Source of the DNA: a virus
Lineage: Duplodnaviria; Caudoviricetes
Length of the DNA stretch: 64,000 bases
Virus record (IMG/VR): IMGVR_UViG_3300005077_000001
Location: 96,001-160,000 of that record
Strand: one strand, 5' to 3'
The notes below the pieces were generated by a model. That model did not search any database. It saw only the letters and a list, made by a program, of their open reading frames with translations, and was not told where the DNA came from. Position 1 is the first letter of the stretch. Each line of letters opens with the position of its first letter. The translations under genes were made by a program, and so were the position numbers. Below are positions 1 to 12,000 of this stretch, piece by piece.

Positions 1-79
1 TAATTACATTACAAAGCGTTTACGACAATTAGAATCACAAGGCAGGTATGCTAAAGGAGCACTAGTGCCTTCTGCTTAA
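1..79 (+). CDS. 3' end of an upstream gene (partial)
   Basis: Frame 2 reads NYITKRLRQLESQGRYAKGALVPSA* with TAA at 77-79, followed by GAGGT RBS for the next gene. Confidence 0.6.
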   Translation, partial: NYITKRLRQLESQGRYAKGALVPSA

Positions 80-88
80 GAGGTAAAA

Positions 89-625
89 ATGATTGATCCT
101 GCTTTTATAGATGATTATACTAGATTACAAAAGCAAATGGTCTTGGATTTGAGTAAGCAAGTGACCATAGGGTTACCTCCACTAGAGGAGGAATGTCCTA
201 ACTGTGCTTATACAGACCCAGATAATTCTTCTTTAGGAAGTTTTATAGATTTTGGTAGTCCAGTGGTAGTTTTTTCTGGTACTAGTTGTGAGCGTACAAT
301 AGCTCCTACCCCATTTAAAAGAACATGTAAAGTATGTAGTGGTAAAGGAAAATTGACTTGTGCACAAGAAGTTGTGGTACCTGCTATGGTTGCTAAATCT
401 CAAATAGGATTACCAGATTCTCCGGCGGGTATAGTGTCTCAAAAAACATATCGGGTTAAAACAGATATTGCATACTATGATTATTTTGATGAAGCTGTGT
501 ATTATATTATTGATTCTAAAAAATATGAAAAAATAAAACCTCCAATAAAAAGAGGTATGGGAGATAATTACGGGGTAGTTGAAGTATTTGTTGGGAGTGT
601 AGATGAACGAGCAAGTATTAGTTAA
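89..625 (+). CDS. Putative head-tail joining/neck protein with two CxxC motifs
   Basis: 178-aa ORF with RBS; CPNC and CKVC pairs; C-terminal YIIDSKKYEKIKP..EVFV resembles head-closure beta-barrels; position upstream of tail genes. Confidence 0.45.
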   Translation: MIDPAFIDDYTRLQKQMVLDLSKQVTIGLPPLEEECPNCAYTDPDNSSLGSFIDFGSPVVVFSGTSCERTIAPTPFKRTCKVCSGKGKLTCAQEVVVPAMVAKSQIGLPDSPAGIVSQKTYRVKTDIAYYDYFDEAVYYIIDSKKYEKIKPPIKRGMGDNYGVVEVFVGSVDERASIS

Positions 626-1229
626 ATCTAAACAAATAACTGATGATTTACGTAATCATATTCTAAATTATTTAAAGTCAGAAGGTGCTGGCGGTAAAAA
701 AATAGTAGCTGCTTTTATGTCTGAGTTTGAGAATTTAGCTTATCGTTCGCCGCCAGACGACCCAACAAACATTATTAATCACATGGATTTTTTAGAGAAC
801 CACATAAAAAATACTTTAGATTCTAGTATTCATATAGATGAAAATGGTAATATTAATTTAGGAATTTGTACTGATACTCTGTTAGGTTTTAAAGAAGATA
901 AGTCTTCTTTGAAACACCATCCACAGCCTTTAAAGTGGGTGGTGTACTTAATAAGAGGAATTGCTGGAGAGTATGCATTTGTTAATAATAATACTTATTT
1001 TTTGAAATATAGTAAGCCTATGCCCGCTCAATATAATGGCGGTTTCTTGGTAGGAAAATGGCTTTGGGATAGAGAAGGATGGAATATTGTTGGTGATTTT
1101 GCTAGATTTAGGCACCCGGCTTCTAAAGCATCACCCATCCCATTTTTTAAAAATGTATTAGAAAAAATAAATTTACATTCTTTAATGGATGAAGCCAAAG
1201 GGAGTTTCAGAACTGATGGAACTAATTAG
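603..1229 (+). CDS. Hypothetical virion morphogenesis (neck region) protein
   Basis: 208-aa ORF overlapping both neighbours; assignment from synteny only. Confidence 0.4.
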   Translation: MNEQVLVKSKQITDDLRNHILNYLKSEGAGGKKIVAAFMSEFENLAYRSPPDDPTNIINHMDFLENHIKNTLDSSIHIDENGNINLGICTDTLLGFKEDKSSLKHHPQPLKWVVYLIRGIAGEYAFVNNNTYFLKYSKPMPAQYNGGFLVGKWLWDREGWNIVGDFARFRHPASKASPIPFFKNVLEKINLHSLMDEAKGSFRTDGTN

Positions 1230-2031
1230 ATGTATTAAATATAGTATTTTATTATATATACAGAATTGTATTTTAGCAACTAATTATGCTGAAGAAAATA
1301 CAGATATGTCATTAACTAGTATTGGAAATAATACTTATAATATTGAATATGACGATAATTGGGTAGATATATTTGATAGGGGAGAATATGCTGGTCAAGG
1401 AGAAGGAAGAGGGCTGGTGTATTTTAATACCCCTACTATATTATCTAATTATTCTTGTTCTTTTGTAAATGAACAAACTCGTATGGTTACTGTTTATGAT
1501 GACGTAGATACTGTAGTATCTGGATGTAGAATTAATTATAAAAAAGGACAAATAGTATATGATGGGCCACAAATTCCTTCAACAATAGATTATTATTGGA
1601 ATTACGTATCTACTATAGATGGATGGCCTCACGAAGATTTACCTCAACTGCCTATAGTTTCTGTTTTAGAGCAAGATTTTGATACTGTAGGGATTCAATT
1701 AGGCGGAGGAGATAAAACTAGGCAAAGTTGGCATATAGAACTTTTTGCAAATAATAAAGGAGAAAGAGATGATTTACGGTCTATTATTTATGATGGCCTT
1801 AATCTACGTTCTTGTCCATTATATGCATTTTCTAAAGGTATTCCATTAGATAAAAATGGATTTTTTAATAATAATTTCGATTCTTCACTCATACAAAATA
1901 GATCAAATATACAGTTTTTAGATGTTAAAACTTCTATTACTGGATTACCTGATTGGGGATTTTGGCAGACAGAAACAGTTAATAAATTTAGAGCAAGTAT
2001 TAATTTTTCTACACAAGTATATTATGGTTAA
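1216..2031 (+). CDS. Putative tail terminator/completion protein
   Basis: C-terminal LPQLPIVSV...SWHIELFANNKGERDDLRSIIYDGL pattern typical of tail terminators; directly before the tube gene; internal ATG at 1216 preferred over 1189. Confidence 0.55.
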   Translation: MELIRCIKYSILLYIQNCILATNYAEENTDMSLTSIGNNTYNIEYDDNWVDIFDRGEYAGQGEGRGLVYFNTPTILSNYSCSFVNEQTRMVTVYDDVDTVVSGCRINYKKGQIVYDGPQIPSTIDYYWNYVSTIDGWPHEDLPQLPIVSVLEQDFDTVGIQLGGGDKTRQSWHIELFANNKGERDDLRSIIYDGLNLRSCPLYAFSKGIPLDKNGFFNNNFDSSLIQNRSNIQFLDVKTSITGLPDWGFWQTETVNKFRASINFSTQVYYG

Positions 2032-2127
2032 TATTAACTAATTAACTAACTTTCTAGTGTAAGATAGATAATAAAAAAAAGGAAAAGGAGTAAGCCCCCG
2101 GTAAGTTTTAGACTTTTTTAAGTAACC

Positions 2128-2135
2128 TAGGAGGA
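2128..2135 (+). promoter_or_regulatory. Strong Shine-Dalgarno (TAGGAGGA) for major tail protein
   Basis: 11 nt upstream of ATG 2147. Confidence 0.7.
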
Positions 2136-2146
2136 AAGAAAGTCAT

Positions 2147-3886
2147 ATGGCTAAACGAACTAGAATAATTTATGCTTCTCAAAGTGTTCGTTGTAATGGG
2201 CACCTTCTGTATCGTGTACAGACTTTAGGTTCCAACACCACTTTCACTTCTGAGAACTTGTTTGAATTAGGCCATTTAGACATCATCGACGTTGTTGATG
2301 ACGTACCTGCGGTTGCTGTTGCTATTGATACTAACGATTTTGGTAGTGTTGAGACAATGGCATCTCTTGCTGGTATGAATATGATGGTGATGTCTGGTGT
2401 AGTTAGTGCAAGTTCTGCTTATCTTAGAGCACCTGCTGCCTGCACCGGTTCTGGTACTACGTACTATCACGGTGTTGGAATTGATGACTTTGGGCTAAGC
2501 AATGGCGTAGCTATTTGGGCCCCTGTTCAGAAAGAAGGCAATCTAGGTACTCTAGATGATGAAATAGAAATGACTCTATTCATGAACAAAGTTTTCGTAA
2601 ACTCCATTACACTTACTTATAATGTTGGTGCTAATGCGACAGAAAACTATGCAGCTGAAACTGACAATAAAATGTGGCTTATGAACGGTGCTAAATTCAT
2701 CTCACAAGAGGAATGGGATATTACTGATCCTAGTAATAGCTATGCTCTAGCTCTTGGGCTAACAGCATTAAATCCAATTCCTACTCTGTCTGATTGTAAA
2801 TTAGCATTCCTGGCTTATACTGATGATGGCGTAGAAGGTGTTACAGTTAAAACATCAACCGAGCGTGATGGTACTGTATACCCAATCGCAGCCGGAACAG
2901 TATCTACTGCTGGAGAATTTAGATACAACGCAACTCTCCAGACTGTCATTCTGCCTAGTGACGCGGCTTCTCTATGGACTGGCGACGTAACTTTTAAAGT
3001 ACGTTATGCTGCTCCTGCTTATGCTGCTGTTGCTAATGCAGTAAGTGCAAATACAGCAACTAGAGTTTATGCTAAGTATTTTGAGCTAACAAGTGCAGAT
3101 ACTGAACCAGATCATCCATCAACTCACTATGCTGAGGATATCGGTGGTCTTCGTCAAGGTCAAGTTGAAGTATTTATTGTAGATCCAGACGTAGTAACTT
3201 CTGAGTCTGATTGGGAAAATATGTGGCGTGTTCAGACTGTAACTATTACAGCTACTCCTGCACGTACTCCATTGAATGAGCTTGGTCATATCAGACCTTA
3301 TACTCGTACAATGAACTTCCCAGTTGAAATTACTTCTAACGTTGCTACTACAGCTTCTGATATGGAAAACTTCGTAAAGTTCTGTGGTAAAACCTGGACT
3401 GACTTCGAAGATGGTGGTACTGGAGTAGATCTTTCTTTGGCTCATATTATGGCTAAGAAAAATCTTATTCTAGTTGTAAAAATTTACAGCCAGACCAATG
3501 AGGAAGCTGGTGGAAATAATAGAACTCGTAAGGCTCTTATTAGTACATTAGCGGGCAAAGAATTCTTTGATCCTAATAATGATAGTATTGGAGCTGGTAG
3601 CTGGTCTAATGGTAAGGGTTTCTACCCTGCTTATGATCAGGATGTTTCAGGTTATGTTGGGTCTTGTACTTCACCTCCTCGTGAAAGACCGTTGAAGTGC
3701 GTAATTGTGCCTGATCTAAAGATCACGGCTGAAAATTACCAGAACTCAATTGGTGGTGGTCGTGGTGGTGGTACCAATGCTACTCAGGAATTCAACTTCC
3801 GTTCAACCAATAAGCTGTTCGTTGTTAAAGGCGAAGTAGCTATTACGGATCTTGCTTGCCTTGAGAGAAACCCAATCAATCCATAA
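2147..3886 (+). CDS. Major tail tube protein with internally duplicated tube domain
   Basis: 579 aa; strong RBS and own terminator; RVQT-x13-ELGH occurs twice (2213-2275, 3227-3289); lies upstream of chaperones and tape measure gene. Confidence 0.75.
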   Translation: MAKRTRIIYASQSVRCNGHLLYRVQTLGSNTTFTSENLFELGHLDIIDVVDDVPAVAVAIDTNDFGSVETMASLAGMNMMVMSGVVSASSAYLRAPAACTGSGTTYYHGVGIDDFGLSNGVAIWAPVQKEGNLGTLDDEIEMTLFMNKVFVNSITLTYNVGANATENYAAETDNKMWLMNGAKFISQEEWDITDPSNSYALALGLTALNPIPTLSDCKLAFLAYTDDGVEGVTVKTSTERDGTVYPIAAGTVSTAGEFRYNATLQTVILPSDAASLWTGDVTFKVRYAAPAYAAVANAVSANTATRVYAKYFELTSADTEPDHPSTHYAEDIGGLRQGQVEVFIVDPDVVTSESDWENMWRVQTVTITATPARTPLNELGHIRPYTRTMNFPVEITSNVATTASDMENFVKFCGKTWTDFEDGGTGVDLSLAHIMAKKNLILVVKIYSQTNEEAGGNNRTRKALISTLAGKEFFDPNNDSIGAGSWSNGKGFYPAYDQDVSGYVGSCTSPPRERPLKCVIVPDLKITAENYQNSIGGGRGGGTNATQEFNFRSTNKLFVVKGEVAITDLACLERNPINP

Positions 3887-3906
3887 TTGAATTGATGGTA
3901 TGCGAT

Positions 3907-3938
3907 AAAGGAGTAGCCTTAGTGCTACTCCTTTTTTT
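3907..3938 (+). terminator. Rho-independent terminator
   Basis: GGAGTAGC-cttagt-GCTACTCC stem-loop (3910-3931) followed by T7. Confidence 0.85.
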
Positions 3939-3974
3939 CACTTCTCATAAAAAGTAAAGGAGGTCGGAAGGGCA

Positions 3975-4265
3975 ATGGATAAGAAATCTTATCAAGAAAA
4001 CTCTCGCCGTAAATATAATTCATTTGTAGATAAAAGAAAAGATATTATGTTAGGCAAAATTCTTACGATTGTTGAAGTTTTAGTTACTAATAAACTACAA
4101 TGGGAAAAAACAAGGAAACATCTATTAGGGATTTGTAATGATTTTGTTAGAGAAAATCAATTTGAATTAGAAAAGAATTATGTTATGGAATATGTAGATT
4201 CTAAAGAAGATCTTATTGAAGTTACTCATTTAAACAAAAATGGAGGAGGGGACTCTAATGGCTAA
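3975..4265 (+). CDS. Small hypothetical protein
   Basis: 96-aa ORF with AAAGGAGGT RBS. Confidence 0.6.
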   Translation: MDKKSYQENSRRKYNSFVDKRKDIMLGKILTIVEVLVTNKLQWEKTRKHLLGICNDFVRENQFELEKNYVMEYVDSKEDLIEVTHLNKNGGGDSNG

Positions 4266-4968
4266 TAAGGATTTAAAGGATGTATTTGAAAACGGCCGCT
4301 CGTTTCAAATGGAAGATTCTGGATTAATGTATTACATTATCCCACCTGATGCTGAATCTGCTGCTAAAGCTAAGTGGCACTACAGTAAAATGTATAGTAA
4401 AGCTTTTATGGATGGAGTAAGCACTGTTGCTGAAATGAGAGATGCTCTACTTAAAAGAGGGCTAATAGGGGAAGCTTTCGATAGCAAACTGCAAGAACTT
4501 ATAAATGATCGTGATATTATGGTAAGTGAATTAGAAAGTGTATCTGATATAGATGAACGTGAAGCATTGGCAATTAAAATTGCGGAAAAAAGAGATGAAA
4601 TCTATGCATGGAGCCAACGTGCTAGTGCTCCATTATCACAAACTGCTGAAAGTTTGGCAGAAGACAGCCAAACAGACTTTCTTACTACATGTATGGTAGT
4701 GGGAGAGGACGGTAAGAAGATATGGGCAGACTACGATTCATTTGTTAAAGAAAAAGATCAGATGCTAGCAATGAGAGCTAGATACGAATGCATAATGTTT
4801 CTACAAGGTTTTGAATCAGATTTTCTTGAGAATTTACCAGAAAATAAAATTCTACGAGAAGTAATGGAAGAGAGACAGAAAGAAGCAGAAGCAGAAGCAG
4901 AAGAAGATGTAGAAGTTGAAGAAGAAAAACCAAAGAAGAAGAAAAGTACTAAAAAGAAAAATGATTAA
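4258..4968 (+). CDS. Putative tail assembly chaperone
   Basis: Helical acidic protein between tube and tape measure genes; GGAGGAGG RBS supports ATG 4258 (MANKDLK). Confidence 0.6.
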   Translation: MANKDLKDVFENGRSFQMEDSGLMYYIIPPDAESAAKAKWHYSKMYSKAFMDGVSTVAEMRDALLKRGLIGEAFDSKLQELINDRDIMVSELESVSDIDEREALAIKIAEKRDEIYAWSQRASAPLSQTAESLAEDSQTDFLTTCMVVGEDGKKIWADYDSFVKEKDQMLAMRARYECIMFLQGFESDFLENLPENKILREVMEERQKEAEAEAEEDVEVEEEKPKKKKSTKKKND

Positions 4969-4970
4969 TA

Positions 4971-6050
4971 ATGATAGATTTGAGTATAGATACTTTAGTA
5001 CAGAAAATTGAAGAAATTTCCAGTGGAGAATGTGTAAGGCACATAGAGGCAAATGACTCTTATGTGCTTTATACCTATCCTAATAAATATCAATTTAAGC
5101 TTGCCGATATAAAAGAAAAACAAACATATAAATTAGCTACAGATGATGGTTTTCCAACTATAGAACAGATGGAAAAACGATTAAGAGAAGGGGGTTTGTG
5201 GACTGAAACACACGAGATTAAATCAGAGGATTTACGAAGTAAGATAAAAGGATTACGAGTAGTTAAAGATGACCCATCCCTCACAAAAACAGAAAATAGA
5301 AAACATATTTTACAGCAATCAATTAATAAATATGAAAAAGAATTATGGGAATTAGAGTATATAAAAGATAGTAAACTAGACGAAACAGTGGAGCGGAAAT
5401 CTCGTCGTATTAGATACGATTATTTATGTTGGTTATGCGCGTTTGATCCATTTTCTAAAGATAAATTTTGGGATAAGTCCTTTGATGAATATCAAATAAT
5501 AGAAAATATATTAAAAACAGAGGTTTTAACTAACTTTATACAATTTATAGGTGGTCATGAACAAGAAGAAATTAGGTATATAGCTCGTAGCACTTATTGG
5601 AAAGTAAATTACCTAGTTTCACAAAAAAGCAATTCTCCTCTATTTAGTCGGTCTGTGTATGAAATGACCCCTGACCAGCTCAATTTATGTTATTGGAGTC
5701 AGTTCTATCAAAACATAAATGAGATGATGCCAGAAGACAGACCAGATGATGAAACAATAGATAACGATGAGGCATTGGATAAATGGCTAGAGGAGTATCA
5801 CAGGAATAAAAGCGAAGAACGTAAATCAGCAAGGCTTTCCTCATTTGGATCTAGTTCGGCAATGAACCAAAAAGAAGTTTTGGTATTTAGATCCAATCCA
5901 AATTACGAGAAAATTGAATATGATGAGCCACCTTCTACAGAAGGTAAATTATCAGACAGTGACACAAAAGAAAGTATGGACAAAAAAGGTATGCGTCTTA
6001 GGAGATTAATAAGACAGAAAAAAATGGAGAAAAACAAGAAAACTGATTAA
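4971..6050 (+). CDS. Putative second tail assembly chaperone
   Basis: 359-aa helical ORF whose TAA overlaps the tape measure ATG; synteny. Confidence 0.5.
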   Translation: MIDLSIDTLVQKIEEISSGECVRHIEANDSYVLYTYPNKYQFKLADIKEKQTYKLATDDGFPTIEQMEKRLREGGLWTETHEIKSEDLRSKIKGLRVVKDDPSLTKTENRKHILQQSINKYEKELWELEYIKDSKLDETVERKSRRIRYDYLCWLCAFDPFSKDKFWDKSFDEYQIIENILKTEVLTNFIQFIGGHEQEEIRYIARSTYWKVNYLVSQKSNSPLFSRSVYEMTPDQLNLCYWSQFYQNINEMMPEDRPDDETIDNDEALDKWLEEYHRNKSEERKSARLSSFGSSSAMNQKEVLVFRSNPNYEKIEYDEPPSTEGKLSDSDTKESMDKKGMRLRRLIRQKKMEKNKKTD

Positions 6051-9000
6051 TGGCTGAAGATTATACGTTTAATATAAAAATCAATATAACTCCAGAGATA
6101 AATCAAAGCGAACTTGCCAAGTTGTCTTCTCTAGATAAACATCAAAAAGTTTCTACTACTGATATGATGGCTTTAAGACGTACTATTTCTGCTGATAAAC
6201 CGATTACTAAACAAACTGAAGATAAACTATTTGATCATATGTCCAAACTTGAACAGAGAATTGAGCAATTAAAGCAAACCAATGTACAATCCTATGCTCC
6301 TGTATCTAATATATCAATTCGGAATTCTATGGAATCCATAGAGAAAACAATAGATAAAGCTAATCGCTTAAATGAAAAGCTACTTAATTCACAAAAAGAA
6401 TTAGGTCAACAGTTCCATTCCTCTAAACAAATGTCAGAAGAGCTGCGAAGAAGCCTTGAACAGCAAAGACAAAAATTTGTAGACTACGTGAGATTAAATG
6501 AATCAATTACTAAACCCACTCAATTAACTACATTTGCTGGAGAAAGAATACAACTAAAACCAGAACGTCCTCTAAAACCAATGGTAGCTCCAGATATGTT
6601 TTCAAAAGAAATTGAAAAACAATTTCAAAATCTACTTACTACAGCTAAGCAAGATTTAGCCAAAGAAATATTAAAATTTAAATACGCTTTCAATGACAGG
6701 TTAGGAGATATTACTTCTTCTTTACAAGAGGTAGGGTATAGTTCTCATATGAAGGCATTGGATCAAGTAAATAAAGTAAAGGATTTACTAGATCAAGTTA
6801 CTAGTTCAGAAGATTTAAAAGTGGTCGTTGATAATTTTAAATCTAAATCTAAACAGATGCAAAAAGATATTGTTGATATGAGGTATATGATTGATAAAGC
6901 ATCTACTGATTTTGGTACAGAATTAGGTAAAGAGATAGATAATATAAGAAAATCTTTTCAGAATTTTTATAGGGATTTCGTATTTACATTTGGCAAACCT
7001 AACTTCTTTGAACCTGCTGGTCCTATGTTTAGGGATGTTGCTTCCCAATCTATGAGACGTGGAGAGCGTTCACCCATAGGGGGTAGATACGTTGGAGATC
7101 CTAGGATTAAGTTTGATCAGTATGGGGCGGCTCAATACAATATTACTGATGTTAAAGCTTTAGGTCAAACTTTATTGGATTTGTTAAAACCCAATTATTT
7201 AGCAAAAGCTTTTGATTTGAAAAATGTAGATAAAGCACTTCAGAATCAAATAAATGATTATTTCACTAAAAATAATATTTCTAAAAAACTAGAAACTTTA
7301 ATATCTTATAGTATTCCTGATTTAAAAAGTATACATCAGGATATAGTAGATACCATCTCCAAACACCTAGAAAAAACGATGGATAATGGTAAAATAAATA
7401 AGATGGTAGATAAATATATGCAAGATGTTTTATCTGCTACAGAAAAATCACTTAAAATACCTTCTATAGCTAAAAGTCCTAGGGGTGCTGGAATAATAAG
7501 AGATGTAGAACGTGGTGAATACCTCACTATGGGGCAGTATTTAAGTGTCCAACCTTCAATCAATAGGTTGTATGATCAATACATTAACCCAATGTTCAAG
7601 ATGCTGTCTCGTACAGGGATTGAACAATCTAAACTTCCACAAGACTTAAAAAATCTTAGAAAACTAGTAAAGGATTATTGGGCGAGATCTAAATCTTTTG
7701 AAGGAACTGAAGGGGTTGGGGTTGGTACAGAATTAGCTTCAGCCGAAATTATTGATAGGGTAAAGGGGTCTTTCAAGATGATGGAAGACTATTTGAAGAA
7801 AGAGAAAGGCTCAAAGTCTATAAGATATATTAATGAGATAGAGAAACTTCGTAATAATTTCATGGAAGAATATGACAAAGCATTAAGAGAGTCTATACGT
7901 ACTACGATGGAAAGAGTATTCAAAGAATCTTTGATTAGGGGAGATGTAAAACTTCCTTCAAATCTAGAAAAAAAATACAGGTCAGAACTACAACAATATA
8001 TAGGAAAGGGGGTTAGAACTTATTTATTACCAGATGATATTCAAAAAGTCATTAAAGATCATTCAAAAGAAATAGAGAAGAAAGTTAATGCCATTGGGAA
8101 TATTAATTTAGAAACTACTTTAAATAAGCTATCAAAAGAAGAGGAACGTATCTTTGGTAAAAATGATTATAGTGTTAGACCAAAACAAAGAGTAATGGAA
8201 GAATTTGGTAAGTATTACCCAACAGATGTATATAAACTGATGATGCAAGTAACGAGATCAATGCAAGGTCAATTAAATGAGTTACAAAAAATAAGGAATA
8301 GTTTATCAGCAGCAGGAAGTAAAGGTAATGACTCTTATTTTCGTGAATTATTAGAGCAACATTTTAGACGAGTATTTGATCCTGTAAAAGAACGTATTCC
8401 TGAAGAGCATGAAGCTATGCAGAAACACGAAGTATATGGTAGGTATCGTACTATTACTTTACAACCAAAACTTCCTAGCATTGCTGAAGGCGAATCTTCT
8501 TACGGAGTACCTGTCGATTTACAAGCAGAGCGTAGATTCATTGTTCAGAGAAATCTGGAAATGGAAGAGTTGTTTGAAAAAGAATATATAAGAGGTATTA
8601 AAGATTTAGAAAAAAGACTTGGTCCTACAATTAGAATGTTGTCTACCATTGGTCTTAATGAAGCAGCTGCAGCTGGTAAGAGGGTATTTGGTCAAGATTT
8701 TGGTAAAGAATTTTTAGAATCTTTTCTAAAAAATAGAAAAGTTCATCCTTTTTCTTCTTATGATCCAAGAGAAACGGAAGCTTTTGGACAATCTATTAAT
8801 CCATCAAGACCTACTGGTGCAGCATGGTTAAGTTTAGCGGGCCCAGAATTTAATGCTATTCGTTCTGCAAGATCACACCAGATGATTTCTCGTGGAGAGT
8901 GGGGCCCTTATGGTACTGGGCTTAATGTAGTAACAGCATTGAAAGACGTATCTCAAGGCTATGAAGATGTATTTGAAATTGGTAAAAGGTTAAAAGAAAT

Positions 9001-12000
9001 AGCTACTTTTAAATTTAAAAAAATGGTAGTTCCAAATCTGAAGGGTAATGAAGATGAATTAGTGAACAGTATTAAAAATTATTTAGAAACTGTTGGTTCT
9101 GATATATTTGGTAAACCAATTAAAATTAAAGAATTAGCTGATGAAGTCTTTGTTAAAGATATAGCCAAAAGATGGGCGAAGGGGAAAGAGGGGTCTATTG
9201 AAGAGAATGTGCTCACACTATTAGAATCTTTTGTGGGTCACGAGGCTAGGAAACTATCTACAGGCCAAGTTCTTAAAGGAGTAGGTGCTTCTATATTTAG
9301 CAAGTACGGTGATGATTTAGAACAATCAATAATCAATAAATTTGTTAAAGGAATGAAGCCGAGGATAAAATTTGGAGATGTTGGTATTTTAAAGGGAGTT
9401 CCTAAGTCGTTTGAAGAATTATTCACTGAGATTATCAATTCTTCTAGACTTAATTTAGATCCTGCCAAAATAGATAAGGCCAAAGAACTTATCAAAGGAA
9501 CTCAAAACTTACCAATGCTTTCTTCAAAACACTTATCACAGTTTAATGTTTATCCTGTTGAATACGGAACTGGTAAGATTATGGGAACCCAAGGTAGTTT
9601 ATCCTTAGAGCAAAGGAAAAAATACCTATTTGATATGCTAGGTATCCCAATGTCTGATATTAGTACAGCCAAATCTATTTCTAAGCAGATAGAACTACTT
9701 GGAAATGATATGCAAAAAGTAAGAGATTTATATAAATCTACAGTTGGTGGAGGCCTAACAAAGGATGTTCCAATTGATTTAAGAATAGCTGCTTCATCCA
9801 TTGGCAAAAAATCTCGTTTAATTGGTGGTAATGTTGCAGAAGTAATAGCTAATAATATAATTGGTAATATTCGTTCTGCTCCTTTACAAGGAGAAACCAT
9901 TGTAGATCAAATTATTCGTCAACCCTTGGCAAAAATTATTACTGATACAAAAGCAACAGGGGAAGATGCTCGTAAGCTAGCTTCTTTATATAAAGATGTT
10001 TTAGGTCTTCGTGGTAAATACGGGGAAGAGTTCTTATCAGAAAGTCAGGGTAGGGTTGAAAAGACCATGGCTGGTATGATGCATATGATGATCATGAAAG
10101 AACCTAAACAGTATATTCCTAAAGGAGCAGCAGAGATAGAAGCTGGTAGATCCAAATTAACTATAGATCCTCACGCTTGGGTAGGCTTAAAGAAATTATT
10201 CGATGAGGAAAATAGTGCATTATTAAAAGAAATAAATTTAAATTCTGTACCTGATGCTAGAACTGCTGGGGCTTTATTATCTTCGTTCAGGTCTTTTTCA
10301 AAAAAAAGAGAAGCAGAATTAATGGAAGAGCTATCAAAAAATAAGATTGGTTTGTTAAACCGAGAATCTCTATTAAACCCTAATTACACAAATTATGTTT
10401 CACCTTTAGAAAGAGGATCTTTAAGCGCTGATTTAGGAGGCACTATCTTTGATCCTATGCATTTACCAAAACCAATTCTTTTGGAAATGCCTAAACCTAA
10501 CGAAGAATTAAGAAAAAGAATAGAGAAAGATATAAAAAGGCGAATAGAAAATAGGGAACAGGCTCTTCCATTAAGAGACTATATCGAGATTCCTGAAATA
10601 TCTGGAAGACAAGTATTGGTAAATGAAACTGGAGAAGTTATGCCAACATCAACTTCTAGGTATATGTCTGAGCTAATAGAGTCTACTAGGAAATATCATC
10701 AATTGCAAGATGTGTCAAAAGATCCTAAAATTATGGACATACAGAGGAAAGCCCTAACTGATTTTATTAGTGATAGTTATAATCAGATTCACGCTGAACG
10801 TAATTTAGATATAAAGAAAAAAATGATTAAACATTTTGAAGATCAAGTTTTACCTGTTATTGGTTCTTTACCTATGCCCTTATATTCTTCTGAATCTAAT
10901 TTAATTTTAGGTAAAGAAGGACCAGAACTTCCAACTATATATTCTAGAGTTGGGGCGGATTCTAAAACTAAATTGGAAAAAGAAATATCGAAGGGTATCA
11001 CTATACAAGATGCATATAATAGATATATCACTAAAATTACAGAAGGAAGTGAAGCAAGTAGATTAAACTATATGGCTCGTTTCTTGAGAAATACAATTGC
11101 CAGCCCTGTAATCTACTCTAAATCTCCACAATTAATAGGTCAACAGGTTTCTAGGGAAATTTTACCAGAAGGAGATAAAGAATTTGTAACTAAAACACTG
11201 CTATCTGATAAAAATGTACAAAATTTAGTAACAAAATTTAGTGCACTTAAACCTGAGTATGATAAGAATAAACAACTGACTGGTTTGTATCCTCAAAATA
11301 TTATTGATGAGCAAGTTTTATTAGCTAGACGAAATGCTTATGATTTCTATCGTGAGTTAACAAATTCAATATTTGGTAAAAGTGGTGTTATTAGTGATAC
11401 TTTGCTTAAGAAGAAAGTGCCTGGACTATATTTGACTGCTCAATCAAGACCTTACGACCCTACTGATGCTATGAAATCAGGTGTTGAATTACTAAATAAA
11501 TATTCATCAGAAATAGAAAATTCTGATAAGCTAAAAGAAGATTTAAGGCAACAACTGGATGCTGTACAGAAATTTAAAAAGGAAAACCCTTTGGCTTGGA
11601 TTAAAAGAGATGAGGTCCGTATCGGAGAACGTGATTTACGGGAACTTCAAAAAGCAGGACAAGCCACACCAGAATTGCAAAAGCAAGTTAAAGATGTGTA
11701 TGCAATAATTCATAGACAACCTTCTACAGATGAGTTCAGTTTTAAATCTATGAAATTAAAAATAGATGATATGCAAAAGGATTTATCTGGAGTTGCAGTT
11801 GTTCCTGGATTACCTTTAGGCGACTATGACGCTATGAGAGCTATGGAAAATACCTATAAAGCACTTGAAGGAGTACGAAGTAAACAAACTAGCCAAGTAG
11901 AAGAACTTTATAAATTGGGAAAAACAGAAACTGATCCTGTGGTTAGGCGTCTCCGTAAAAGTATTGAAGAAATAGATAAAGCTGTAAGAGACTTAATACC

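Noticed and set aside
2032-2060. TAACTAAT/TAACTAAC tandem as a late promoter
   Set aside because: AT-rich, and I could not find a matching motif in other intergenic regions
4921-4973. Programmed -1 frameshift joining the two tail chaperone ORFs (lambda G/GT style) in the A-rich run
   Set aside because: The -1 frame has TGA at 4962-4964, just before the second ORF's ATG, so slippage in the A-run would terminate
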